A stretch of DNA of 64,000 nucleotides from Schmidtea polychroa (taxonomy: Eukaryota): the NCBI GenBank assembly GCA_044892525.1, contig CM097887.1:63364001-63428000 (forward strand), in the 5' to 3' direction. Every line of letters begins with the position of its first letter. Positions within the stretch are counted from its first letter, which is position 1. A model generated the notes under the pieces. That model did not search any database. It was given only the letters and a program-made list of their open reading frames with translations, and had not been told where the DNA came from. Positions 23,701 through 36,857 of this stretch are shown here, one piece after another. The position numbers and the translations under genes are program-made.

Positions 23701-24869
23701 CAAAATGTGACAAGTTACAAAAAAATACCCAAAATTACTAACATATATTTGCTATACGATTTATAAACCTAACTACTTTGTTGAAAAGCGATTTAAATCT
23801 GTGACTTTGCAAATATTATAATTGAAAAATTTAGTTGCTTGGAAAGTGATTTATCTGAAGTACACATATACCTCGCTATACGGCCCTTATTGGGAAATAA
23901 TAATCATGGACATAATTTGAGGACCCAGACAATCAAAAATAATAAATCATACATGCAGGCATTACATAATATAGGGTAAAGGTTAGGGAAATCAAATATG
24001 ATTATTTTTATACTGATTATTTTTTTCATTGAATTTATTACAAAGAGAGTTTGAAGACTATAAATCAGTAATATATTATCAGTAATAATATCAGTAATAA
24101 TATTACTGATTTATAGTCTTCAAACTCTATTTTTAATAAATTATATATATATGATTATAATTGAGTAACAACCCATAACATATATAAACACTAATTATTT
24201 TTATTTCAACTACCTTTCGAATATAATATCATCTAAAAAAGCAGTATTAAAAGTTAATGTTAAGTAGAAAAAAATTGATCTATAGTCGAAAACTTAATGA
24301 ATATAAATGAAATCGAGAATAAAATATTACAACCAAATCGAGAAATGAAAGCAATACTAACTAAACTGCCTAATACAGTTTTTGAAGAAATAAATATTAT
24401 ATAGTTAATCAAATGTTAAACAATTCACATTAAACTCACTAACGAAATTACTGTTTTCATTTGAATATCGAATATAAAATACATTCACATTGTCGTCGAC
24501 CTTTAAATAATAATTATAATAATTAAATGAACATTCAACATTTTTGCCATTATATTTAATTAAATTTTTTAAAATTAAAATTTTCAAAAGTTGAAGATTC
24601 TTATTATTTGTAGGAAAGTGTATAAACATCTACGCTCGTTTTAAATTAAATATATACAATTGATATTATTGCATAAACCGATAATAAGAATACATCACAA
24701 ATTATCCACACATGATGTTTTGGAAAAATAAACACTATGTGAGGCTTTCCAAACTCAAATCGTTTTACAGGTCGCAGGGCCCGCTCTTGAGCCGGGCAAT
24801 CCGGACATTTGTTGGGGCGGCATTTTGGTTGTAAGTGTATGAAAAGTAGAAAAATATTGATTTGTTAAA

Positions 24870-25399
24870 TACTCAATAAATAGAAAATTTCACATCACTA
24901 ATATTGGTATGATCTGGGTGTGATTTTGTTAAGGTGTGTGAGTCTGATGAGCCTAAATTTATGTTAGTATTGCCGTACTCAGAAGGTTTAGGATTATAAA
25001 GTGAAGATAAGAAAGCGGTTAGGGAATTTAAACTATAGGATAATGTCAACTTCATGGAAAGTACGCAATATGTTTATTAGAAAGTCTAAAATTCCTGTCG
25101 AATTATGTTCGGATCTCGTTTATCCGTTTCATTGTAATGGGTGTAATGACACATACATTGGAGAGACTTCCCGTCATCTCTGTATTCGAGCTCGAGACCA
25201 TTATAGACCGAAGGCTTTAACCAATATTAGTGACCACAACAAGGGCTGTAAGAGTATGTCTGATTTTAAAAATTTATTAAAATTTTTTGATAATTATTGT
25301 AAACGTATAATTTGTGAGGCGTTGTTGATAAAGTCATTGAATCCAAAAATTAATGTGCAGAATGCAGTGAATACTTGTGTTTTCAATGTTTTTAAATAA
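24870..25399 (+). mobile_element. Penelope-like retroelement 3' remnant (RT thumb + GIY-YIG endonuclease)
   Basis: LPYSEGL, then KSKIP...SDLVYPFHCNGCNDTYIGETSRHLCIRARDH...RIICEALLIKSLNPKIN; followed by an AT-rich tail up to the gap. Confidence 0.85.
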
Positions 25400-25620
25400 T
25401 TTTTTTTTATATTGTATGTATTGATTGTTGTATGTTAAATTAAATAATTAATAAAAAAATTTTAAATTATTAAATTGAATTTTAAATGCTAAAATTTTAA
25501 AAATAATATATTATTTTAATTATAATTTTTTAAAAGAATGAAATGATTTTATTAAATGAAAATAATTTTTTTGTAAAATTAATAAAATTGATAAATTTGT
25601 TTAAAATCCTTAATTTATAT

Positions 25621-25767
25621 NNNNNNNNNNNNNNNNNNNNNNNNNNNNNNNNNNNNNNNNNNNNNNNNNNNNNNNNNNNNNNNNNNNNNNNNNNNNNNNN
25701 NNNNNNNNNNNNNNNNNNNNNNNNNNNNNNNNNNNNNNNNNNNNNNNNNNNNNNNNNNNNNNNNNNN
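25621..25767. other. Assembly gap (N run)
   Basis: 147 N. Confidence 1.
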
Positions 25768-28551
25768 GGCGTTTTCTAATTATTATTATTATTATGAAGT
25801 GATGATTTCTTAAATTATCACTTAATTGTTTTATTATTATTATCATAAAATGTTTTATCTAACCTTTTCTTGAACCGGTCTAATTGAATATCTTTTGAAT
25901 CGTTCTAATTTTCTTTGCTTCTCAAACTAACAAGGAATCGAATTAAAAACTTACGACATTTAATTGGTTTTAATTATATATTTTAATTAAATATACTATT
26001 AATTAAATAGTAAAACCGTTTAAGATTTATATGCATTTTTTATATAATTCTAATTTCTTCGTTTTAATACAGAAAAAATAAGGAAATTAATTTTAAAATT
26101 ACTGGACAATTATAATAAATTGTTCTGGAAATTCCTAATGTTTGATTATCCATATTTGATACATCCATGTTAAATATGAATTTCAAATTGAAAATTTTTT
26201 TATTAAATTAAACCTTACATGTCAATTTGAAATAATTATAATGTTAAATACCCAGTGATGGGATTCAGCCGGTACGCCCGTACTGGTTCTTAATTAGTTT
26301 TAGTAAGTGCGTATGGACTTTTCATTTTACAAATCAATAAAATTTTGGAAAGCGTACCGGTTCCAAAGAAAATTAGCTATTCGCTATCAATTGTGTTTAC
26401 ATCATTTTATTAATAATTTAGTTATTTGTAAAGAAAATGTAGTTTATAAAACTTGTGTACATTTTACAGTGTGTATCTTATACCAAGAGTATATTTATAT
26501 CTACATGTATACATAGATACATACAGGTAACCCTCAAATAACTCGACAGATGGACTGCTAGAAAATATTGTGTTGTGTGAAACCGTACTATATGATATTG
26601 TGTAACAATACAAAATGGAGGAATGCGTTCCGAAAGCGTTTTAAAAATAAAATATATTTTTTATTAAAAATATAAACATGTGAAAAATAAAACAAATCTA
26701 AAATTCCTTTAGGCCCCTCCGAAAATAGATTATGAATGCGTGAAATGTATGCGCCAGGAACCCCTCTGCACATATAAGTTCATTGCTGAATGTTGAAGAA
26801 TGGTGTAAATGTTATCATTCAAAATCAATTTTTCTAACTTTGATGGTCACATGGAGTATGTGTGATACTTGATCCTTTTATATGATTTATGAAGGTGGTA
26901 TTTGGATGAACACTGAGAAAGGATTGAGACATGAAGCCGGAGTTATCGCCGAGAAACAAGAAAGAACAATTTCGCTCCCGAGCAGCTATAACTTCTGCTC
27001 CATTTTGAGGCTGATAAAACGAGAACCGACACTCAACTATGCACGTTGGGCCAGGTTCAGTGCCCTCCAAATGGTACAAACGGTCATCAGGAAAATGTGG
27101 CAAGTCGAACGGGATATTCACGATGGGGCTATCTCCAACATGTATGACGACCTACTAAATCGGTCCGAGCAAGACTGGAGAGAAGACCTTATCCGATGAC
27201 TCGGCCACCGGGTGGAAAACTTAAGCGCTTGATCATCAATAATGCCTAAATATTTCGGCTCAGTAAACCGAAAAAGAAGGTGTTGACATTAATAGTCTTA
27301 GTGATCGCTTTAATTTTATTGCTAATAAAACATTAGTTCTATTGTGAGTTGTGCTGCATGTGAGATTGATGGAATGGATACGTGTAATAAATGTTTGAAC
27401 GATGGGATCCTAAGTGAATAGAGATTGATGATTAGGGATGAGTTAAATTTTGTCTTATTGTCCCAAAAAACGGGTTAATTTTTACATATTATTATTTAGT
27501 GGAGCACCTGGTCGAAAACCTAAGAACAGACTGCAAAGCTGCTATGCAACTGATAGAGGCATTTTGTACTCTAGTCGAAAGGTTCAAGGGGAAGACATGC
27601 TAGCTGAAAAGTAGATGGTTTCGCCCGAGAACATGCAGAAGCGGATGATGAAAATAAGTCAATTGCAGGCACAGGTTGCTCAGGACCAAATTAAAATCCG
27701 CGCATTGAAAATCATAATCCGACAGTTAGAAATCCAGTTGAATCTGGATTAATTGCGGATTAATTTATAGTCAATCGAATGCAGCCCAGCGTGGTAGGGA
27801 TTCTAGCGTTCGGAAATCGGAGTGGACAAGTTTCGGAGTTAGGGACCACAGTCAGTCGACCAGAGAAGTACAATAAGCTGGAAATACTGAAGCTCACCCA
27901 AAGACGCGCTCGTAAGAAACCCCGCATCATGGGGTATTCGATAAGAAATTTGGCGTGTCTTTCTACCTAATGGAATATGATATGTATAAAAATAATTAGT
28001 GTAGGTCTTTAAGAGTTCTCAATTAATTGTTAGCAGTTTCAATATGTTACTGCCTCAAGTAAAGTCGGACCAATAAGTGTTGACGGTTAGGATGCTCAAG
28101 GATTATAGTGTACAAAGGTATGCTCACTTTTCGCGAGTATTCACCCATTCGAAACACTTTCAACGTTGAGTACTCAACGGGCATCGAGTGGTAAAGCAAC
28201 CTTGTATTATGATTTACGCTGGAAACAGACAAAATGGAATAGTTTGGTTACCTGTAACCCACCAATTCTTTAGAACTATCCATGTTTTGTTGTGTTTATG
28301 TGATAGAAAAGTCGATAGAGATAATGATATTACATACGAATGGCCTTCTCGAATTGAATAGCTCTCAGATCTCGACAATGTAAGTCACAAATAATTTGTT
28401 CCAATTGAAAATATATCGTTAACTTTTCATATTAAATTAGGATCACTGAAAGCTCTGTAACGGCACATGATGCAAAGAGTTCAACATCGAAGCTTAAAGA
28501 TTTAATTAAGACTATAATATAAGAGTAGGGGATTAACGTTCTCTAAACACC

Positions 28552-30330
28552 GACATTCTGATTTATTCGAATAGTAAAGAAAAACATTATACAATACTCA
28601 GTAAAGTATTAAAAGCAATCGATGAAGCAGGACTAAAGATTAACCCAGAAAAGTGTCAAATAATAAAGAAAGAAATCAGATTCTTAGGACACATAATCAG
28701 TAAAGAAGGAGTAAAAAACGATCCTTCTAAGATTCAGGCTATACGAAACTTTGGGAAGCCAAGTTGCGTAAAGAAACTTCGAAGCTTTCTAGGCATTTGT
28801 AATTATTATAAAAGATTCATCAGTGAGTATGCAAAGAAATCAAGGATTTTAAAACAATTATGTAGCGGTCCGAGTAACAAAAAACTGGAATGGACTGAAG
28901 GAACGAATAACGTATTCGAGGGAATGAAGTTAGCACTCACAACGGCACCGATTCTATGCTTTCCAGATCTGAGAAGGGAGTTCATTTTAGATACTGATGC
29001 CAGTTTTGATACCATTGGAGCAGTGCTTTCGCAAAGAGATAAAGATGGAAAGGAGAGAGTGATTGCGTATGGATCACACTCGATGACGATCCATGAAAAA
29101 GGATATTGCATTACAAGGAAGGATCTATTGGCGGTATACTATTTTTGTATTCATTTTAAGCACTATCTCTACGGAATAAGATTCCCGCTAAGGACAGACC
29201 ACAAGGCGATCACGTTTATGATGACAATCAAAAAGTTAAAATGCAGATATGGTGTCCAGAACTAAATGTGAAACGTGTGTTCAATGTCAAATGGCTCACG
29301 AAGAAGCTAAAAAAGGAAAGATAAAAATTAGATTACTAGACTCGATCAGAGAAGAATGTAGAAGCACCAATCAACAAATAAATTTGGAAGAAGAATTACG
29401 AAAGAAAACGATGATACCTGAAAACGAGATACAAGAAACCATAAAGGAAATACATAGTCTATTGTGTCATGCTGGAGTCGAGAAGATAGCTGATTATATG
29501 AAAGATAGATATATTGGGAAAAACCTGTGGAGTCAGATTCAGGAAACTATTCGAAGTTGTGAGACTTGTCAAAAAACCAAGGCTATAACAATTACAACGA
29601 AGGAACCAGTAAAAAAATTAGAATCAACCGAAATGTTCGAAATTATATTCGTGGATATATGTGGACCAATGCAAGAAACAAAAGGACGTAAGAAGTATAT
29701 ATTGGGTATAATAGACCAGTATAGTAAGTATCAAGTCCTGACAGCTATAACAAGACAAGACGAAGAAACAATAAAAAAAACGATTTTAGAAAAATGGATT
29801 TTAAAATTCGGGTGCCCAAAGGAGATAAGAGTTGATTGTGGGAAAGCGTTTGAATCAGGAATGTTGAGAGAATTCACAAAGAAACTTGATATTAAGTTAT
29901 GTTTTTCGAGTCCATACCATCACCAAACAAATGGACAGATAGAAAGGCAATTCAGGACAATACGCGAGCTGATAAATGCTACTTTACGAGACAGAAGGAA
30001 GACGGATTGGGCAGAGATACTACCAGAAGTTGAATTTACATTAAATGCAACCAAACAAAAAACGACAGGAATAAGCCCGGTAGAGATAGTTTTTGGAAAA
30101 AAGATTAGCAGGGAGAAATGGTACAGGTCAAAAGAAAAACAAGTAAAGGAAGAACAAGAAGAACAAATTAGAAACACGCAACAAAAGCCAGGACAGATAT
30201 GAGGGACCATATAAAGTAATCGAGAAAGTGCATGACAGACGATATATCTTAAGAAACGAGAATGGTAAAAAGATTAAAAGAAACGTGGAAAAACTTAAAA
30301 AATTTCTTAAGGAGGGGGATAGGAGGAAGT
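28552..30330 (+). mobile_element. Ty3/gypsy pol remnant (RT C-terminal half, RNase H, integrase), polypurine tract and probable start of 3' LTR
   Basis: Begins at DILIYS (second D of YxDD); KCQ..IRFLGHII, FILDTDAS..IGAVLSQ, TDHKA; integrase HSLLCHAG..CETCQ, VDICGP..IDQYSK..DCG..SPYHHQTNGQIER; AAGGAGGGGGA purine tract near 30310. Confidence 0.95.
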
Positions 30331-31600
30331 TAAAAGATTCTTAAAGATTAATTAGAAATTTGGTAAAAATTTTAAAAATATTTTTTTTGAAAAATATTTT
30401 AAAAAGAAGAAATTTATCAATCTTAAAAAATATTTTTATCAAAGAAATATTTTAAGAAAATCTGAAATTTGTTTAAATAACAAAAATAAGAACAGACAAG
30501 TTTTTGAGATATCTTTTATTAAATAAAATTTATGGAATTATTTAGTGATTTAAAAACGGATGAGAATCCTAATAACCATTATGCTTAAATAATATAAAAT
30601 AGGTAGTATATAGAATAATTGCAATATTAATTATTTTTTATACGTTAACATTGCATTAATTGCATTGTGTAGCAAATTTACAACATACCAGAATTTCATG
30701 TTTAGATCGCCTAAAATGAATAAGAACTAACCATTTCATAGTGTTGCTTGTGAGCTACAAAACTGCTTAACGGATTTAGTTAATAAAGTTACCGCTAATG
30801 CGCCACAAGTCTCAGTCAATATTCAGTCAAAGGAACTTTATTTTATTTTATTCAAAATAAATAAAAAAAATCATGTAATAAAGGGTTAATGAAAAATAAT
30901 CAAAACTAACTATTCAAATGTATTGTGAATGAATATTAAATAAAATAAAATTTCCGTACAAATACATAAACAAAAATAAACTCACATGATATTTTCCAGA
31001 AAATAAATTTATCTTGAAATCAACCATATGGAATATCCTGGCTAGAAAATAGGCGGTTAGAAATATTAATAAAATAATTTTTCCATTTTTTATAATTTTG
31101 GACATCATTTTCAATTCCGGCTCTGAAGATAAATGATAAACTAGTTGAAACACCCTTGAATTTTGGAATTTTGATTAAAAATAAATAATATCAGATCTTA
31201 AAAATCTATTGGTTAAACATAACTAAAAATAAATAAATTCAGTTTAAAGTATGGTGATCAAAATAGTAAGGTACAAATTAATGTTTTTAATGAACTGAAT
31301 TTAAAAAATAAAAAAAAATAAATATTTTATTAATTGCTAATATTTTAGATATAATTGGTAATCTCCTGAGCTCATGGACAGGAGCGATTTAACCGTTGCA
31401 AATCTGAGGAATACTTATTTTTTATGGGACCCGCTTTTCTATTGTATTTAAATAATTTTCTACAAAAAATGGAAATAATTTTCTTTAAAAAATGGAAACT
31501 GAATAGGTGACATAGTTGTTAGAATGGTTTGTAAAAATCCACAAATCGTTGCAATTTATAATTATAAGTAGTCAGTACAGTAGAAATTATATAATGTGAA

Positions 31601-31843
31601 CCGTTTGCGGACGGAATTAATTTTAATAAGTAGTATTTTAATATATTATTTTTTAGCATAAAATCTTTTAGTATACGAATGCCCGATATCGTGGTATGAT
31701 TTTTTAAAATTTGGCCAGCACAGCTGGCCATTATACATTGTAGAACGTCTGGAACAAAATTCGTGGCCAGCAGTGCTGGCCTACTGTTATCTATCGTATA
31801 AGCCATTTAAGCCCAGCACTGCTGGCCTAGGGTCCGCAAACGG
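31601..31843. mobile_element. piggyBac-type MITE
   Basis: TIRs CCGTTTGCGGAC / GTCCGCAAACGG flanked by TGAA/TTAA; three internal GGCCAGCA..GCTGGCC-type quasi-palindromes. Confidence 0.75.
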
Positions 31844-32727
31844 TTAAACTTAATGATTTCATATATACGAATTCATTGGTTAAATAACTGAAAGAAATGG
31901 AACTACTTTCTCAATGGAGATGGTATATAAGTTATTTAGTAAGCAAATTATCCCAATATGAGGTAAATTAAAAATAGAACCTGTAGAAATAGATATACAG
32001 AATAAAATCCTAAAGGCAAAATACAAGGTTAAAACTCGGATATAATGATCGACACGATGAAACCTATAGTCAAAGCAAAAATATGGCACATGATGTTGTA
32101 TTAGAGTGCATAAGAATATAAAATACAAAAATAATCAAATTTTTATCGCCGCATCAGTTTTCTCTATCTTTTAAGGCTTAATATAATATTTAGTTTTCTA
32201 CGACATAGAAGTTCTTAATTGCTAATTTCTTCTAATAAATTTTTGTTTCTAGAGTAATTAACATTTGTCACAAAAATATAATTAACTAATAAATAACTTA
32301 TTTAGAAAACATAGTTCAGTGCACCTGTTAATTTTAATGCAAGTTTGACCGCTTTTGTATTACTATAAGAATCGTGTGTGTTGTGTTCATTTATTTTTCT
32401 TATTTAGAAAGTTATTATAAAAACGTTAATGGATCAAATAAGATTTTCAATATCCTGATAGGTTATCGATTTTATGCTTTATCAAATATATTCGTATTCA
32501 ATTATTTCTCTTGTAGAAATCAAATATTGAATGATTTAGTTAATACTAAATTTAGCTCGTAAAAAAAGAAAGCAGTCCAATAAAAACAGTTGTTATCTCA
32601 GAAACTAGTTACCAAGATTTGTAATTTTGTTTGTTAAATATGATTAGTTGACGTTCGTGAATTTTTTTCAATTGAATATGCCAATACTAGGTAGGGTATT
32701 TCATGTTGTGTAACAGTAATATTTTGG

Positions 32728-33810
32728 TACGTGGTATGCCAATAAATAGTGAGACTTTTATAGAAATAAATGAAATAAAGCAAATTGTAGCTAAACAACA
32801 GTCAGTTCTCAAAATTGCGTAATAACTGATTAAAACAATACCATAATATTTGTTTTAATCAGTTATTACGCAATTTTGAGAACTGACTGTTGTTTATGGT
32901 AATGTGTGCAAATTCAAAACAACAATTTACTGTTAGTAAAATCACTTCCAGGAAAAAGAGCTCAAAAGAAGAAAGCCTTGTGAAATTCATGAAAAAGTAA
33001 CGGAATTCCTGAGAAAAAGTTTTCAGAATGAGAGGAAAATTAGAGTCAGAGAGCTACCAATGTAACTGAATGTTTGTAAAGGTACTATTTATACATTACA
33101 TAGTGAAAGTTGCATAGGAAAACTATGCTATCGCTTCTTACCACGTTTTATAACTGCTGAAATCCAAAATCGATGCCTGTAAGGCTGTGAAGAAAACTTT
33201 TAGATTTAGGCCGATAATGGAGAGCCTCTTATGGATTGTATTATTACCATGGATGAAACAACACTTTCACTATATGTTCGACAGTCTAAATGGGAATCTT
33301 AATAATGGAAACTGCCAGGAAAGGTTTCTTCTAAGAAGAAGAGGTATCAAACAAGTCACCGAAAGGCTCTCATGCTGACAGTGTTTTGGGATGCCAATGG
33401 CATTATTCTAGCTGATTTTGCAGAAAGTGATGTTCAAATTAACAGCTCCTACTACTATAAATTTGTCCAAGAAACAAGGAAGCTCTGAACGAAAGTCAGA
33501 GTATGTGAGCTCTATTACTTACACGATAACTATCCCATTCACATAAGAGCAGTTTTAATGGGTGGCACAATTGATAGTTGTGAACTTGACGGTGCTTACC
33601 AATACTCTACAAAGCCTGGCTTTGACCTCGTGGTACTTTTACTTGTTTAGGAATTTTAAGAAATGCTTATGAGGCTAGCAATTTACAACAAAAGACGATT
33701 TGAAAGATTCAGTGACTCATTTTATTGGCGAAAAGTCTCCAAATTTCTTCAAATATCTTTTTTAAAGAATCAGTAACCCTAAATATTTGAGAGAATAAGA
33801 AGATGGAAGA
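32728..33810 (+). mobile_element. Degenerate mariner transposase
   Basis: TACGTGGTATGCCAATAAATAGTGAGACT TIR-like start; ELTVVYG, MLTVFWDANGIILADF, INSSYY, LHDNYPIH, YLFRNFKK motifs with many stops. Confidence 0.8.
32792..32896. repeat. Perfect 47-bp inverted repeat with an 11-nt loop
   Basis: 32792-32838 is the exact reverse complement of 32850-32896. Confidence 0.95.
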
Positions 33811-33917
33811 ACCGGCTGTGAGACTGAATAATTTTCGAACAAGTTGGCCATTAGACTGTTCATTCCAAACTCCATCTTAAGGCTAGGATTCGCTGTCTGC
33901 TGATCTTCACACAGGGC

Positions 33918-36857
33918 TAAAGGATCTGACCCGGCCCGACTCGAGCCCGAACCCTGTGGGTTTTATCCTTTTTAAAACCCGAAACCCGAGCATAAAAACT
34001 TTTGGGGTGCTGGTTTAAATTATTGAAAAAATAAACTTTGAAAGGTTAACATGAATCATACTTTGAGTTTATAAATTTACTCCAAATAGTAAAGTTTAGT
34101 TGTTCAATGTTTATATTTTAACAACTAATACTGAAAAATTTGCTTGAAATCGATTATAAAAATAATTAAAAAGCCTTTTGCTTAATTATCAAATTGTATC
34201 TCAATTGGGCGCTTATTTTTTGCATCTTAATGATTCAAAATTACTGTTTTAAAACTATGAGTCGTTTGTTTAAATTTAAATATAGATACGAAATGTTTTG
34301 AATTTATCTGTGTTTGCTTTTATATAAATAATTGAATTTAAACCAATCAAGTATTGTGTTTATTTGCTTTTTACTTTTTAGAAAAAATATAAAACCCAAT
34401 ATCAAACAAAAAACAATCTGGAGTTGGGAAACACTTTAAATCTGGCAGTGATAAATATACAGCAATTTGCGATTTTTGTTCTAAACAAAGCAACACATCT
34501 GCAATGATGATACATTTAATCCCTCAGTATCACATTGACATCACCGAATCAAGCATGGAACATCAACAACTAAAGAAAATTAAAAACATTGAATCATCCA
34601 TTAAAAGGATAACACTGGAAGAAATCGTAGCTAAGATGGTAGCAACGGATGGAATTTCGATCAGAGCAATTAGAAGTTCAGAGGGAATTAGAACAGGAAT
34701 GTCATTCCGAGGCTTCAATCTGCCCAAAAGTGAGTCCTATGTGATGCAACTAGTCCATAATTTAGCTCAAAGCAAAAAAAGAGAAATTATTAAGTAAATC
34801 GAATGCGAAATCGCTAAAAGATTTAAATCTTCAATCACTCTGGATGAATGGACCAGCTTTGCAATTCGTTGTTATTTAAACATCAACCTGCACAATACAG
34901 ACTCAAGATAAATTAATGGTTAATGTAGTAGATTGTTGTAAATAATTGTAAATAATTGTTGTAAACAATACCCTAATTAGGTTCTGTGTTTTTTTATTTA
35001 TTATCGTCCCCGTAGCGTCGGGGAAAAGAAATTCAAAAAAACTATCTTTATTTTTCACAATTAATATTTAAATTATCGTAAATTATCGCTATAGTAAATT
35101 GACAAAATTGAAAATTGAAAAATCGAAAAAAAATTCAAGACAGAAAGTAGTAAAAAGCAAATTCTATTGTTAGCAATTTATAAACAAATACCCGAGTATT
35201 AACAAGAAGAAAAAAGCAAATTAAAATCTCGAAAGAAAATAAAGATTATTTTATAATTCTATTGTGAACAATTTATCATAAAATACCCGAGTATCAATAA
35301 GAAGAAGAAAGCAAATTAAACCTCGAAGGAAAGTAAAGACTATTTTATATTTCTATTGTAAGCAATTTATCAACAAATTATATTTTATGAGTTTTATGTA
35401 ATATTTATTTGTAGTCGCATTATCGTAAACAACACACATCCACCCCAGCTGTCCCGAGACAGTATTTTTTTACAGGAGACTCGGCTGGGCTCTACAAACT
35501 TTCTTGTCATTAAATGTTAATAAAAAATAACAATCAAAAACATAAAATATCCGGAAACACATAATTTATTTATTTACAATTATTTACAATCTACTACAGT
35601 AAATATAGTAGAAAGCCATTTGAAACTTTTAAAATATCATACAAACATGACATTGTTGCAGCGAGTGGTGATGGTGCAAGCGTTATGATTGCCTTTGGAG
35701 AAAGAAGCTCAACATTATCAAATTTGCCATGTTTATGGTCTCCATCTCGGTATTTTTCACACTCTGTATTAAACGCACCATAAGGCAAGTGATAATATTG
35801 CAGAAAAGTCTTATATTCAGAAAGATGACAATTTGGAGATTGTAAACGAAGTGGAGGATCATATTTTCAATCTTAGTAATGAACAAATCTCACAGAACAT
35901 AAATAAAGTGAGGAAAATTGTCAAAATTTTTAAATTCTCTGCTTTTCGGCGAGATCTTCTTGTAATTTAAGTAAAAGAAAAATTTAACTCAGACGTGCAA
36001 CTTGACTATAAAACTAGTTGGAACTCGAGGCTGTTCATGCTGGAAAAGTTTTTGAAACTATGTGAAGCTTTGGTAGAAGCGCTTGAAGAATTAGGTGCAG
36101 AAAATGTGTTTCATAATATTAATGTTATTATGCTAAAAACTCTTGTAGAATGTTTGAAACCAGTTGAAGTTGCTGTAAACGCATTGAACTCTTAGAACCG
36201 CTAAAATATCGGTGAAATTTATGATACAAAAAATTAGAGGGTCAAAAAAATGATGTCGGAAGAAAATTACTTATAAAACTCATGAAATACATGGATTTAC
36301 AATTGGACCCGAATCTCATTGGACTTCAGAAAGCGTTTTGCCAACAAGATTAAAGACCATCAAATATGGCGCTTGAGTTTGGAGCCAATTTATTGAAGTG
36401 ACTATTCCCACAAATTGAAATTCTTAGCGAACAATAAATTTCAATTGAAACTCAAATAAAAATTCCCCTAACTCTCGACGAAGAACTTAAACAATTTAAA
36501 GATAATATAAAGCCGGAAAAATTCAACAAATTGAAACAGGAGTTTTCTTCATACAAAAATACAGGCAAGCTAACAAAAAACCATGACTGTTTTTTTAATA
36601 CAATTAAAACGATAAAACCGACTTCAACTGAAGCCGAGAGAACGTTCAATGTTGCAAATAATTTTTTCACAAGAATTCGTTCTAGTCTTTCAGATAAATC
36701 TATAAGCAACCTTTTATTTTTGAAATTCTACTTTGCTCGTGAAAATTCTTGATAAATCTTACTATTAAATCTCTAAATATTTTTCTTATAATAAAACCCG
36801 AAAACCCGGGAAGTTTGTCGGGTTCGGGTTTTAGAATATCGGTTTCCCGATCCCATA
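33918..36857 (+). mobile_element. Degenerate hAT (Ac-like) element
   Basis: TAAAGGATC...GATCCCATA ends, AACCCG subterminal repeats, TSD CACAGGGC/TACAGAGC; ITLDEWTS, SGDGASVM, KTSWNS and PTSTEAERTF...RSSLSD..LLFL motifs. Confidence 0.88.
34924..35598 (+). mobile_element. TG...CA element (solo LTR family B, or Ginger-like) inserted in the hAT transposase
   Basis: TGTAGTAGATTG..TAAATAATTGTAAAT / ATTTACAATTATTTACAATCTACTACA ends; TSD GTTAA/GTAAA; internal about 100-bp tandem units; related sequence at 43140-43320 and about 53130-54000. Confidence 0.7.

Noticed and set aside
24940-24990. CTGATGA as a hammerhead ribozyme core near the Penelope-like element (also 4593, 16764, 57982)
   Set aside because: No correctly placed stem II plus GAAA in any case I inspected by eye; an Infernal/RNAMotif scan would be needed to exclude variants.
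25543-25846. ORFs spanning N runs (also 42805-43035 and 46922-47122)
   Set aside because: Artefacts of assembly gaps.
28806-30210. Minus-strand ORFs 28806-29111 and 29920-30210
   Set aside because: Antisense to gypsy pol; no independent motifs.
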